A program made the position numbers and the translations under genes. The notes beneath the pieces are model-generated. The model had not been told where the DNA came from, ran no database searches, and saw only the letters and a list, made by a program, of their open reading frames with translations. Positions 11,664 to 22,673 of a DNA stretch of 64,000 nucleotides are shown here, one piece after another. Origin of the DNA: an uncultured Thermoleophilia bacterium (GTDB lineage: Bacteria; Actinomycetota; Thermoleophilia; UBA2241); the NCBI GenBank assembly GCA_963709635.1, contig CAVPXA010000002.1:6858-70857 (forward strand), given 5' to 3'. How positions within the stretch are numbered: position 1 is the first letter of the stretch; each line of letters starts with the position of its first letter.

Positions 11664-11738
11664 CGGCGAGCGTCCGGCGGCGAGCAGGTCCGGCGGGAGC
11701 GTCCGGCGGCGAGCGTCCGGCGGCGAGCGTCCGGCGGC
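11664..11738. repeat. 14-nt tandem repeat (GCGAGCGTCCGGCG, ~5 imperfect copies)
   Basis: Direct reading gives ggcgagcgtccggcggcgagcaggtccggcgggagcgtccggcggcgagcgtccggcggcgagcgtccggcgg. Confidence 0.8.
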
Positions 11739-11759
11739 TGAGTCGCCCCGAACGGCGGA

Positions 11760-11820
11760 GGCCGGCGGTGCAGCCGCACCGCCGGCCTCCGACCGGACGC
11801 GAAAGAGACGTGCTCTTTCG
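11760..11820 (-). terminator. Two hairpins immediately downstream of groEL
   Basis: First hairpin: perfect 11-bp stem GGCCGGCGGTG-cagccg-CACCGCCGGCC (11760-11787). Second hairpin: 8-bp stem CGAAAGAG-acgtg-CTCTTTCG (11800-11820). They lie 24-85 nt past the groEL stop. Confidence 0.5.
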
Positions 11821-11844
11821 TATGAAGCGCTGAGCTTCTGAGGA

Positions 11845-13485
<1,641 letters not shown>

Positions 13486-13498
13486 TCAGCCTCCCCTC

Positions 13499-13795
13499 TT
13501 ATTTTCCGACTACGGCCAGGATCTCGCTGGCGCGCAGAATCAGCAGTTCGTCACCGTCGGCGGTCTTGTACTCGGTACCCGCGTACTTGCCGTAGATGAC
13601 CTTGTCGCCCTTCTTGACGTCCATGGGAACGCGGTTCTTGCCGGCCTCGTCCCACTTGCCGTCACCCGCCGCAACGACCTCACCCATCATCGGCTTCTCT
13701 TTGGCCGTGTCGGGGAGAACGATGCCGCTGGCGGTCTTCTCTTCTTCCTTGACCGCCTTGATGATGACGCGGTCTTCGAGCGGCTTGAGCTTCAT
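13499..13795 (-). CDS. groS: Co-chaperonin GroES
   Basis: 98 aa ([35 protein letters not shown]...). AAGGAGGG RBS; sits 19 nt upstream of groEL. Confidence 0.98.
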   Translation of the reverse strand: MKLKPLEDRVIIKAVKEEEKTASGIVLPDTAKEKPMMGEVVAAGDGKWDEAGKNRVPMDVKKGDKVIYGKYAGTEYKTADGDELLILRASEILAVVGK

Positions 13796-13845
13796 GCAGC
13801 AACCCTCCTTGGTGTGTACACCGTGGTTTCCATCAGGCTTGGTTC

Positions 13846-13871
13846 TGGCACTCTCGGGGAGAGAGTGCTAA
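13846..13871 (-). promoter_or_regulatory. CIRCE operator (HrcA binding site)
   Basis: The minus strand reads TTAGCACTC-TCTCCCCGA-GAGTGCCA, against the consensus TTAGCACTC-N9-GAGTGCTAA. It lies between the predicted promoter and groES. Confidence 0.9.
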
Positions 13872-13886
13872 TCCACACAGCTGCGT

Positions 13887-13915
13887 ATGGTATGGCCGGT
13901 GGCGGGAGAAGTCAA
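13887..13915 (-). promoter_or_regulatory. Sigma-A-type promoter of groES-groEL
   Basis: The minus strand has TTGACT (13915-13910), a 17-nt spacer and TACCAT (13892-13887), directly upstream of CIRCE. Confidence 0.6.
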
Positions 13916-14181
13916 ACCAGCGGCCGTCTCCGCCCCTGAGTCACATCGCACGCACCGAATACTGCCCCCATGCAGGGCTTTCGTCGCTCTGAAGTTGCAT
14001 GGCAGTCAGACTCGGCGAGTGCCGTCCCGGCTGCTGCCGGCCCGCGCGCGCGACTGGTCCGTGGCGGCGGGCGCAGCTAGGATGCGGGCATGAGCGCCGA
14101 CACTCACCCGCGCCCGACGCACTCGCGATCGACCTGCCCTCGCGCGCGTTGCCCTCGCGCGGCTCGCGGGCGCGCTGCCGC

Positions 14182-14619
14182 GTGAGGGTGCTGCTGCAGC
14201 GCGTGAGCCGCGCGTCGGTGACCGTGGACGGCGCAGAGTGCGGCGTGGTCGGCCGCGGCTTTCTCGCCCTCGTGGGCGTGACCCACGAGGACGGTCCGGC
14301 CGCGGCCCGCAGACTCGCCGCCAAGACGGCGCGGCTGCGCGTGTTCGCCGACGACGCCGGGCTCATGAACCTGGCGCTCGCCGACGCCGGCGGCGCCGTG
14401 CTCGCCGTCTCGCAGTTCACGCTGTACGCCGACACCCGGCGCGGCAACCGCCCGAGCTTCACGGACGCCGCCCCACCCGAGCAGGGCGAAGCCGTCTACG
14501 AGGCCTTCGTGGAGGCGCTGCGCGCCGAAGGCGTGCCGGTCGAGACCGGCGTGTTCGGCGCGCACATGCAGGTCGACCTGGTCAATGACGGCCCGGTGAC
14601 GATCCTTCTCGAAGCCTGA
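14182..14619 (+). CDS. dtd: D-aminoacyl-tRNA deacylase
   Basis: Tail of ORF 13999..14619. From GTG 14182 it reads [17 protein letters not shown]...[18 protein letters not shown]...[23 protein letters not shown], colinear with Dtd (~145 aa). Confidence 0.9.
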   Translation: MRVLLQRVSRASVTVDGAECGVVGRGFLALVGVTHEDGPAAARRLAAKTARLRVFADDAGLMNLALADAGGAVLAVSQFTLYADTRRGNRPSFTDAAPPEQGEAVYEAFVEALRAEGVPVETGVFGAHMQVDLVNDGPVTILLEA

Positions 14620-14906
14620 CTCCACTCTCCGGGCCTGGTCTGCGGCAACAGAGACCGCTGAGAATGGTGACTGCAGGGGCACTCTGTCGTGCGACCACAT
14701 TCGGCCGTGACTTGTGACCACAGTTGAGACCGGCTCTCCAGGAAGCGGTCACGAGCTGGCTGCCCCCGCCCGGACGCCGGCGTGTGGTCGCAGATGGCCT
14801 GGCTCTGCGACCACAAACAGAGTGGGCCGCGTGCACCTCCATTCGCGTCATCGGAGGCACGGTCCGGCGAGCGCCGCGCGTGCCTGCGAGCGAGCGCGTA
14901 CGCGAC

Positions 14907-14944
14907 GAAGGGACGGGGCTGCCCTCCGGCGGCCCCGCCCCTTC
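14907..14944 (-). terminator. Hairpin downstream of the small membrane-protein gene
   Basis: GAAGGGACGGGG ... CCCCGCCCCTTC forms a 12-bp stem with one mismatch and a 14-nt loop, 15 nt past the stop at 14959. Confidence 0.4.
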
Positions 14945-14958
14945 GCCGGCGCTCTCTC

Positions 14959-15396
14959 TCAGACCTCGTAGCCCTCCGCGTGCCGCGCGTCGGCGAGCTT
15001 CTCGCCGCTCTGCGGCACGTTCCTGTAGGCCGCGTAGCCGGCGAAGATGCCGCAGATCCAGGCGAACAGCCACGGGCCCCACCAGTAGTACAGGTACGGG
15101 GTCCAGCGGTACTGGCCGCGGTTGTACGTGTAGATGAGGCCGATCATCGCCGCGACGCAGACGATGACGCCGCCGACGCTCGGCCACTTGAAGCTGAGCA
15201 GCCCGCCGACCACCATGACGATCCCCAGCCCGACGAGCACGTGCACGCCGGACAGGTAGTCGGAGTAGATGCCGAAGAACTGCGGGATCCCGAAGACCGA
15301 ATCGATCGAGCGGGCGTAGAGCCCGCCACCGATCGCGAACGCGCCGGCGATGATGCCGGCGATCGCCGTCAGGTTGGCGTACTTCTGGCCCTTCAT
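14959..15396 (-). CDS. Small integral membrane protein, function unknown
   Basis: 145-aa ORF with four hydrophobic spans and aromatic-rich loops (YRWTPYLYYWWGPWLFAWICGIFAGY). The start overlaps the permease stop (ATGA). Confidence 0.6.
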   Translation of the reverse strand: MKGQKYANLTAIAGIIAGAFAIGGGLYARSIDSVFGIPQFFGIYSDYLSGVHVLVGLGIVMVVGGLLSFKWPSVGGVIVCVAAMIGLIYTYNRGQYRWTPYLYYWWGPWLFAWICGIFAGYAAYRNVPQSGEKLADARHAEGYEV

Positions 15397-16821
15397 GCCT
15401 GGCCTCCCTCAACCGCGGCGCCGAACTCGGTGAGCTCGCCGGCTGGCGTGATCGTGGAGCCCTCGAGCGCCTCGTCGGTGGTCCCCTTGTAGATGTTCTT
15501 GAAGATGAGGTAGGCGATGGGCCCGGTGAGGATGCCGGCAAGGCCGCCGATCATCCAATCCATGCCGTTCACGAACAGGGCGATGATGGCGATGGCGATG
15601 GGGAACGCCACCCAGACGCCGAGCGCGAAGGTGGGGAGCGGGACCCTGAAGGAGCGCGGCGCGTCGGGCTCCTTGATGCGCATGATCATCACCGTCAGGA
15701 AGATGAGCACGTAGGGGAACATGAGCAGGAACACGTCGATGGTGATGAGCGCGTCGAAGTTGAAGTTGATGAGCACCGCGTTCACGACGGCCATGAGAAG
15801 GATGGCCGCCCACGGCGTGCCCCAGCTCTTGTGGGTGCGCGCCGAGGAACCTCGGCAGCAGCCGGTCGCGCGACATCTGGAACTGCGGCCTGCGCGCCCG
15901 TCGCGAGGTAACCCGCGTACAGGCCGATGTTGGAGAGGATCGCGGACATCAACATCAGATAGCCGAAGAAGGTGCCGCCGGCGACCTTGGCGAGCACGAC
16001 GAAGTCCTGGCCGCCGCCGCCCGTCCACATGTTGAGGTAGTTGTCCGGGCCGGCGACATTGGCGATACGGATGGCCGCCCAGACGGTCACGAAGTAGGTG
16101 GCGATGACCAGCGGGGTGCCGATCATCAGCGCCTTGGGGATGACCTTCTGCGGGTTCTGGATCTCGCCCGCGAGCGTGGACATCGACTCCCAGCCCGAGT
16201 ACATCCACATCATGATCGCGAGCCCAAGGTTCAGGGAGGTGAGGAAGCTCTCGCCCTCAAGGAGCATCGGGCTGAACCCGCTGCCGGTGCCCTTGGTGAT
16301 GCCGTACACGGTGAAGATGAGCAGCGGGCACCATGACGCCGATCTGGATGATGGTGAGCGACCAGCCGGTGAGCTCGAGGCCCCGTGATGTTGATGAAGG
16401 TGAACACGGCGACGATGGCGATGCCGATCGCCGCCCGTTCGGCGCCGCCGAACCCCCACTGGTTCTGCATGTAGTCGAGGGCGAGGGCCACGTAGACGGC
16501 CGAGTCGACGTACAGGGAGAGCGTCCACCACCAGCCGGCCTGGAAGCTCCAGTACTCGCCCATGCCGCGGCGGACCCAGCGGTACAGACCGCCGGCCTCC
16601 GGGACCATGGAACCGAGCTCCGAGGCGACGAACGCCATCGGCACGCTCCACACGAGCGGCAGGATGAGGATCATCAGGAGCGTCATGCCGGGGCCGGAGG
16701 ACGAGACGACGTCCTCCATGCCGAACGAGCCGGAGCACGTGAGCGTGAACACGAACACGACTGCTGTGATCAGCCGCATCCGTACGCGCTTCAGCCCCTC
16801 ATTGCGAAGAATCTCCGTCAT
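15393..16821 (-). pseudogene. APC-family amino acid permease, interrupted by four +1 frame shifts as sequenced
   Basis: Permease sequence is spread over three frames (ORFs 16231..16821, 15782..16738, 15409..15876, 15393..16208). The pieces join as ...FTFINITG/LELTGWSLTIIQIGVMVP/LLIFTVYGITKG...GYLATGA/RPQFQMSRDRLLPRFLGA/THKSWGTPWAAILL.... Breaks are near 16379-16384, 16325-16328, 15891-15895 and 15836-15840. Length is 1429 = 3n+4. Confidence 0.85.
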
Positions 16822-16854
16822 ACGGACCCCCCCAAGAGCACGTTTGACTACGTT

Positions 16855-18558
16855 CTACGACAGCGCCTCAGGGGCGAGTTGCCAGAGGTCCACCGCCAGC
16901 TTGTCGTTCTCACGGTAGTCTATCGGGACGTCGATGACAACGGGTCCCGGGTGACGGAGGGCGCGGGCGAGGAGGGGCTTGACGTCGCCCGCCTTCTCGG
17001 CGCGGAACCCCTCCACGCCGAACGAGCGGGCCAGAGTGACCAGATCGGGGTTGTCGAAGCGCGTGCCGGCGATGCGCCCGAACTTGCGCCGCTGGTGCAT
17101 CTCGATGAGGCCGTAGCCTCCGTCGCTCCACACCAGGATCACGAACGGGAGGCCGAGCCGGCGCGCCGTCTCCAGCTCCTGGACGTTCATCAGGAAGCCG
17201 CCGTCGCCACTGATGCAGACGACCTTGCCGCGGCCGCGGCGCGCCAGCGCCGCGGCGATGGTCGCCGGCAGGCCGAAGCCCATGGCGGCGAACCCGTTGC
17301 TGATCAGTACCGTGTTGGGCTCGCGTGCCTCCCAGAAGCGCGCCACCCAGAGCTTGTGCGCGCCGACGTCGCTGACGAGCACGTCGTCCGGCGCCATCAG
17401 CTCGCGCAGGTCGTGGAGCACCCGTTGCGGCTTGATGGGGAAGTCCTCGTCGGTGCCGGCGTCGAGCACGCGGCGGAACGCGCGCCGGTACGGGCGCGCC
17501 TCGATGCTCGAGACCTTCTTGCCCTCGAGCAGCCCGGTGAGCTGGAAGAGGATACGGGAGAGGTCGCCGATGAGCTCCACCTCGGGGATGAACTGGGCGT
17601 CGATCTCGGGCGGCACGGTGTCGACGCAGATGATGCGCTGCCGCCCCTCCGGGTTCCAGGCGGAGGGCGGCCACTCGATCATGTCGTAGCCGATGGCCAC
17701 CACGAGGTCGGCCCGGCCGAGCAGCCCCTGCGGGTAGTCCTGCCGGCGCAGGCCGGCGGTGAACAGGAAGTGCGGGTCGGAGGCGTCAAGGACACCCTTG
17801 CCCATGAAGGTCGTGATGACGTGCAGCCCCGTCTGCTCGCAGAACGCGCGCAGCGCCGGCGCGGCCTCCTGGCGCACCACGCCGTTGCCGGCCAGGACGA
17901 CAGGCCGCTTGGCGCCGGTGATGATCTCCGCCGCGCGCAGGAGGCTGACGGGGTCGGCCTCGACCATCGCCTCGGGGCCGCGGGGCAGCGGCGCGCCGGT
18001 GACCGCGGTGCCCATGATGTCCTCCGGCAGCTCCAGGTGCGTCGCTCCGGGCTTCTCGGCGGCGGCGATGCTGAACGCCTTGCGCACCGCCTCCGGCACC
18101 ATGCGCGGGTGATGGAGCCGCGTGTTCCACTTGGTCATCGGCGCCAGCATGTCGACGGTGTCGATGAACTGGTGCGTCGTGTCCTTGTGCATGCCGGCGA
18201 GGCCGGTCTGGCCGGTGAGCGCCACCAGCGGGGCGTGGTCGAGCGTGGCGTCGCCGACGCCCGTGGCCAGGTTGCTGGCGCCCGGGCCGAGGGTCGCTAG
18301 ACAGACGCCCGGGCGCCCGGTGAGGCGGCCGTAGGCGTCGGCCATGAACGCGGCCCCCTGCTCGTGCCGCGTGGGCACGAAGGTGATGAGCTGCGAGCGG
18401 TCGAGGGCCTCACTGAGGTCCAGTGTCTCCTCGCCGGGGATGCCGAACACGAACTCCACACCCTCGTTCTCGAGGCAGTCGACGAAGAGGTCGGCGGCGG
18501 TACGAGGAGTCTCGCTGGTGGGCGCGGGCGGGAAGACGGAGTCGGGACGGTGCGTCAT
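16855..18558 (-). CDS. Thiamine-diphosphate enzyme, acetolactate synthase large-subunit family (AlsS-like)
   Basis: ORF 16855..18636 trimmed to MTHRPDS. Conserved blocks: FGIPGEE, TRHEQGAAFMADAYGR, GPGASNLATG, and the ThDP motif GDGGFLMNVQELETA. Confidence 0.9.
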   Translation of the reverse strand: MTHRPDSVFPPAPTSETPRTAADLFVDCLENEGVEFVFGIPGEETLDLSEALDRSQLITFVPTRHEQGAAFMADAYGRLTGRPGVCLATLGPGASNLATGVGDATLDHAPLVALTGQTGLAGMHKDTTHQFIDTVDMLAPMTKWNTRLHHPRMVPEAVRKAFSIAAAEKPGATHLELPEDIMGTAVTGAPLPRGPEAMVEADPVSLLRAAEIITGAKRPVVLAGNGVVRQEAAPALRAFCEQTGLHVITTFMGKGVLDASDPHFLFTAGLRRQDYPQGLLGRADLVVAIGYDMIEWPPSAWNPEGRQRIICVDTVPPEIDAQFIPEVELIGDLSRILFQLTGLLEGKKVSSIEARPYRRAFRRVLDAGTDEDFPIKPQRVLHDLRELMAPDDVLVSDVGAHKLWVARFWEAREPNTVLISNGFAAMGFGLPATIAAALARRGRGKVVCISGDGGFLMNVQELETARRLGLPFVILVWSDGGYGLIEMHQRRKFGRIAGTRFDNPDLVTLARSFGVEGFRAEKAGDVKPLLARALRHPGPVVIDVPIDYRENDKLAVDLWQLAPEALS

Positions 18559-18679
18559 GCTGCGCTCGAGTCTAGCATTCCGGCACGGCGGGACGATGCA
18601 GCAGACCGGCCCAGTCCGAGCTGTTCGGACGGACACGATGTCGAGAGGGGGCTCGGGCGGCGGGCGGAGCGGGGCCGCG

Positions 18680-19740
18680 TCAGGCGCGGCGGGCGGCGCG
18701 CTTGCTCGGCGGGCGCGCCGCCTTGGCCTCGGCGTCGCTGGCGAAGGCGTCGAGGCCGAGGTAGTCCGGCCAGGGCAGCGCCGGCAGGAACCCGGCCGCG
18801 AGGCCGATCATGCCGGCGTTGTCGGTGCACAGGCTGAGCGGCGGCAGCGAGAGCTGCAGGCCCTCGGCCTCGCAGGCGTCCGTCAAGGCGCGGCGCAGGC
18901 CGGAGTTGGCGGCCACGCCGCCGGCGACGGCGACGCTCCGCAGGCCCTCGTGCCGCGCCCCGGCCACCGTCTTCTCGACGAGCTGGCGGACGATGGCCGC
19001 CTGGTACGAGGCGGCGATGTCGGCGCGGTGCGCCTCGACCTCCGCCTCGTCACGGCCCCTGAGGTCGTAGAGCAGCGCCGTCTTGAGGCCGCTGAAGCTG
19101 AAGCCGCGGCCCTTGCGGCACGGCGCGCGGAAAGCGGGCGAAGCCCGGGTCGCCGCGCGCCGCCAGCCGGTCGAGCTCCTTGCCGCCCGGGTACCCGAGG
19201 CCCAGCAGCCGGGCGCCTTTGTCGAACGCCTCGCCGGCCGCGTCGTCCATGGTCTTGGCGGCGACGCGGTAGCGCACGCCCTCCTCGACCACGGCGAGCA
19301 GTGTGTGCCCGCCGCTGGCGACGAGGCACACGAACGGCGCCGCCACGCCGAGGGCGTAGTTGGCGGCGATGTGCCCCTGCAGGTGGTTCACGGGGATCAA
19401 GGGCAGCCCGCGCCGGTAGGCGATGGACTTCGCCGTCGCCAGCCCCACGAGCAGGGCGCCGATGAGCCCCGGACCCTGCGTGACCGCGAGGGAGGCAAGG
19501 TCGTCCCAGCTCGCGCCGGCCTGGCTCATCGCCTCCGCGACCACCTCGTTGACGAGCTCCGTGTGGCGGCGTGAGGCCACCTCCGGCACCACGCCGCCGA
19601 ACTGCGCGTGCAGCTCGTTCTGGGACGAGACGATCGACGAGAGCACTTCGCGGCCGCGCACGACCGCCGCGCTGGTGTCGTCGCAGGAGGTCTCGACGGC
19701 AAGGATGAGGCCGGCGGGAGCGAGCCTGCCGCGGTCACGC
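18680..19740 (-). CDS. tsaD: tRNA N6-adenosine threonylcarbamoyltransferase TsaD (frameshifted as sequenced)
   Basis: ILAVETSCDDTSAAVV...NHLQGHI...VASGGHT in ORF 19050..19871 continues in another frame as RKGRGFSFSGLKTALLYDL...VAVAGGVAANSGLR (ORF 18680..18967). The break is near 19117-19121. A GTG at 19740 overlapping the rimI stop needs a second shift near 19705-19735. Length is 3n+2. Confidence 0.85.
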
Positions 19741-20223
19741 CGAGTCCCCTTCCCAGTCCTTCCACATGATGACGGCGTCCTCGCGGTCGTCGCTGTAGTA
19801 GGCCGGCCGGACGCCGGTGGAGACGAACCCGAAGCTCCGGTAGAGCTCGATCCCGGGTGCGTTCGAGACACGGACCTCCAGCGTGTGCCCCCGGTGCCCC
19901 TTGCGCTCGGTGATCTCGAAGTACGCCTCCAGCAGGTCCGACGCCACGTGCTCGCGGCGGGCCTCCTGGGCCACGCACAGGTTCATGAGGTGCCACACAT
20001 CGACGAACATGTCGGCGATGAGATAGGCGACCACGCGTCCGCCCTCCTCGCAGACCAGGCAGATACCGGTCTCGCGAGCGAGCTGGCCGTGGAAGATGGC
20101 CAGCGACCAGGGCAGGGTGAACGTGCGCGCCTCGAGCGCCGCGACCGCCTCGAGGTCGGGGAACTGCATGGGGCGGATGACCCGCCGGCGGTCGATCCTG
20201 TCGGGGACGACCTGGAGGCTCAC
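19735..20223 (-). CDS. rimI: GNAT N-acetyltransferase, ribosomal-protein-alanine acetyltransferase RimI-like
   Basis: Tail of ORF 19735..20925 (FPDLEAVAALEARTFTLPW...HTLEVRVSNAPGIELYRSFGF). GTG start at 20223 overlaps the tsaB stop (GTGA). Conserved tsaE-tsaB-rimI-tsaD context. Confidence 0.85.
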   Translation of the reverse strand: MSLQVVPDRIDRRRVIRPMQFPDLEAVAALEARTFTLPWSLAIFHGQLARETGICLVCEEGGRVVAYLIADMFVDVWHLMNLCVAQEARREHVASDLLEAYFEITERKGHRGHTLEVRVSNAPGIELYRSFGFVSTGVRPAYYSDDREDAVIMWKDWEGDSA

Positions 20224-20957
20224 GAGGCGCCGCCGGCTGAGGGAGGCACGGGCGGCGCCGGAGCGGGCCGCACGGCAGCGACGCGCGGCTGCGCGTCGGG
20301 CGCGCGGCCGTAGATGGGCAGCACAGCGTCGGGGCCGCGGACGAGGCCGGGCGCGCCGCAGGCGGCCGCCCGGCCGACCATCGCGGCCGTCGGCGCCACG
20401 ACGCCCGCGGCGCGCGGCGCCGTCGCGGGCAGCAGGTCGGCGTAGAGCACCGCGCCGTCGCCGCCCGTGAGCACGTCGCCGCGGGCGGCGAGCCAACTGG
20501 CGAGGTCGTCGGCGGGTACCACGGCGACGTCCTCGACCTGACGCAGGACGCCTCCGTCGCGCTCGAACACGGCCGCGAACACCTCGCGGCGGCGGCCGTC
20601 GACGAGCGGCACGAGCCTGCGGCCGGCCGCCTCCGGCGCGTCCGCGAGCGCGAGCGCGACGGCCGCGAGCGTCGGCACGCCGGCGAGGCCGGCCCTGCCG
20701 TCCGCCTGCGCGAGCGCCCGCGCGGTGGCGATGCCGATGCGCAGGCCGGTGAAGGCGCCGGGGCCGAGGCCGACGGCGACCGTGCCGACGGCCTCCCAGC
20801 CGGCGCCCGCCTCCTCCAGCACCTCGCGCACGAACGGCAGCAGGAGCTGCGAGTGCGCGGGGCCGCTGAGCGCCAGGCGCTCCGCGACGACGGACCCGTC
20901 GGCGGCGCAGAGCGCCGCCGAGCACGCCGTCGTCGCCGTCTCCAGCGCGAGGATCAC
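20220..20957 (-). CDS. tsaB: tRNA threonylcarbamoyladenosine biosynthesis protein TsaB
   Basis: Reads VILALETATTACSAALC...VAVGLGPGAFTGLRIGIATARAL. GTG 20957 overlaps the tsaE stop (GTGA). Confidence 0.88.
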   Translation of the reverse strand: MILALETATTACSAALCAADGSVVAERLALSGPAHSQLLLPFVREVLEEAGAGWEAVGTVAVGLGPGAFTGLRIGIATARALAQADGRAGLAGVPTLAAVALALADAPEAAGRRLVPLVDGRRREVFAAVFERDGGVLRQVEDVAVVPADDLASWLAARGDVLTGGDGAVLYADLLPATAPRAAGVVAPTAAMVGRAAACGAPGLVRGPDAVLPIYGRAPDAQPRVAAVRPAPAPPVPPSAGGAS

Positions 20958-21469
20958 GCTCGCGCCTTCGTCGCGTCGCCGGCGCCGGCTCGGCGGCTCC
21001 GAGACCCCTGGTCGGCCGCGCCCGCCGCCACCGCGGCCTCGAGCGCCGCCGGCCCCGAGAGCCGCGCCGTCCGGCTGCGGAGCGTGCGGTGGTCCAGCTC
21101 GATGCGCACGTCTGGAGTGGGAAGCGCGTCGCTGCCGGCGGCCGGCCACTCGACGAACGTCACGGCGTCCGCGCCGAGGTAGTCGTCCCAGGCGAAGAGC
21201 TCGGCGTCGGCTCCGCTGCTCAGCCGGTACAGGTCGAGGTGGTGCAACCGCTCCCCGTCGCGGCCGTGGTAGCTCTGCGCCAGCGTGAACGACGGGCTGG
21301 TGATGGCGCCGCGCACGCCGCGGGCGCGCAGGACCTCCCGCACCAGCGTGGTCTTGCCGGTGCCCAGGTCGCCCTCCACGGTGAGCAGCATCGGGGGGTG
21401 CAGGCGGGCGGCCAGCACGCGTGCGAGCTTCCGCGTCTGGGCCGGAGAGGCGAGGGTGAACGCGATCAT
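20954..21469 (-). CDS. tsaE: tRNA threonylcarbamoyladenosine biosynthesis ATPase TsaE
   Basis: 171 aa with P-loop GDLGTGKTTLVR, SPSFTL and HLDLYRL. The ATG directly abuts the UDG stop. Confidence 0.9.
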   Translation of the reverse strand: MIAFTLASPAQTRKLARVLAARLHPPMLLTVEGDLGTGKTTLVREVLRARGVRGAITSPSFTLAQSYHGRDGERLHHLDLYRLSSGADAELFAWDDYLGADAVTFVEWPAAGSDALPTPDVRIELDHRTLRSRTARLSGPAALEAAVAAGAADQGSRSRRAGAGDATKARA

Positions 21470-22471
21470 CTAGAAGAGGCCGAGCTGCTCCGGTTCGGCC
21501 GGCGGACCTGCGGGGGCCGGCGGTGCCTGGGGCGCGGACGCGACGGCGGCCGGTGCGGGCTCGTCGCGCTCGGGTGGAGCCGCCTCTGGTTCACGCGACG
21601 CGGCTTCGGCCGGCGCGGCGCGAACGACCGGCGGCGCTGCCGCAGGGTCCGGCGCCGGTACAGCGGCGGCCGGGTCCGGCGCTGGGGCGGCGGCCGTCTC
21701 CGATGCCGACGCGACCGGGGCGGCGGCCGGGGCGGCATCCGCCGGCGAGAAGGCGCCCAGGACCGGGGCCGCATCCTCGTGCGCCGCGGCGGCCGGCGCC
21801 ACGTCGCGGCGCAGGTGCTCGGGCGGCCGCCAGGCCGGCCGCTCCGCGGCCGGCGGCGCGGCCGCCTCTTCTCCCGGGGCGGGCGCCGCGTGCGCCAGCA
21901 GCTCGGGCAGCCGCGCGAAGTCCTCTTCGAGCGTGGTGCGCATAGCCGGCGTGTAGAGCGCCGCGGCCGGATGGAAGATCGGGTACAGGTACAGCGAGTG
22001 CCCGGCGATCTCCGTCGCCCTGGGCCGGCCGTGCACCTTGGTGATGCCGGTGGGATCGCCCGTCAGGAGCTTGGTGGCGAAGTTGCCGAGCGTGCAGATG
22101 ACCTTGGGCCTGATGATCTCGATCTGCCGGAACAGGTACGGGCGGCAGGCGTCGATCTCCTCGGGCTGAGGGTCGCGGTTGTTGGGCGGACGGCTCTTGA
22201 GGACGTTGGCGATGTAGACCTGCTCGCGCGTCATGCCGATGGACGCGAGCAGCTGCTCGAGCAGCTTGCCGGCCTGGCCTACGAACGGCCGGCCCTGCTG
22301 GTCCTCGTGGTAGCCGGGCGCCTCGCCCACGAACATCAGGTCGGCGCCGGGGTCTCCCTCGCCGAACACGGCCTTGGTGCGCGTGGGCCCGAGCGCGCAC
22401 CGGGAGCAGCTCTCGACCTCCTCGCGGAGGGCGTCGAGCGCCGCGATGACGTCGTCAGTGGCAGGTGCCAC
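21470..22471 (-). CDS. Family-4 uracil-DNA glycosylase with a ~150-aa Ala/Pro-rich C-terminal tail
   Basis: Core blocks CSRCALG...FVGEAPGYHEDQQGRPFVGQAGKLL...IFHPAAALY in ORF 21470..22933. A GTG at 22471 was chosen as the start (VAPATDDVIAALD). The tail ends in EQLGLF. Confidence 0.85.
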   Translation of the reverse strand: MAPATDDVIAALDALREEVESCSRCALGPTRTKAVFGEGDPGADLMFVGEAPGYHEDQQGRPFVGQAGKLLEQLLASIGMTREQVYIANVLKSRPPNNRDPQPEEIDACRPYLFRQIEIIRPKVICTLGNFATKLLTGDPTGITKVHGRPRATEIAGHSLYLYPIFHPAAALYTPAMRTTLEEDFARLPELLAHAAPAPGEEAAAPPAAERPAWRPPEHLRRDVAPAAAAHEDAAPVLGAFSPADAAPAAAPVASASETAAAPAPDPAAAVPAPDPAAAPPVVRAAPAEAASREPEAAPPERDEPAPAAVASAPQAPPAPAGPPAEPEQLGLF

Positions 22472-22673
22472 AGGACCCGGTGGCGCAAGTGGAGCAGCTC
22501 TTCTTGGCTCCCTTGCCGCCCATGTCGAGACTCGAGGAGTGGACGGCGAACGTGGAGAGCAGCCGGCAGACGTCGCCCGAGTGGCACTCCGGGCACACGG
22601 GCTTGGTGCCGTTGCGGATGAGCTCCTCGAACGCGGTACCGCACTGGTTGCAGCAGAATTCGTAGATCGGCAT
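22455..22673 (-). CDS. FmdB-family CxxC zinc-ribbon protein
   Basis: Reads MPIYEFCCNQCGTAFEELIRNGTKPVCPECHSGDVCRLLS... with a Cys-rich tail CSTCATGSCGTCH. This is ORF 22455..22859 trimmed to M63. Confidence 0.8.
   Translation of the reverse strand: MPIYEFCCNQCGTAFEELIRNGTKPVCPECHSGDVCRLLSTFAVHSSSLDMGGKGAKKSCSTCATGSCGTCH

Noticed and set aside
11348-11833. 161-aa ORF across the intergenic repeats (…ERLMRSLMRSLHAELMRS…).
   Set aside because: Its periodic sequence is simply the translated 12-nt DNA repeat. There is no RBS and no protein-like composition outside the repeat.
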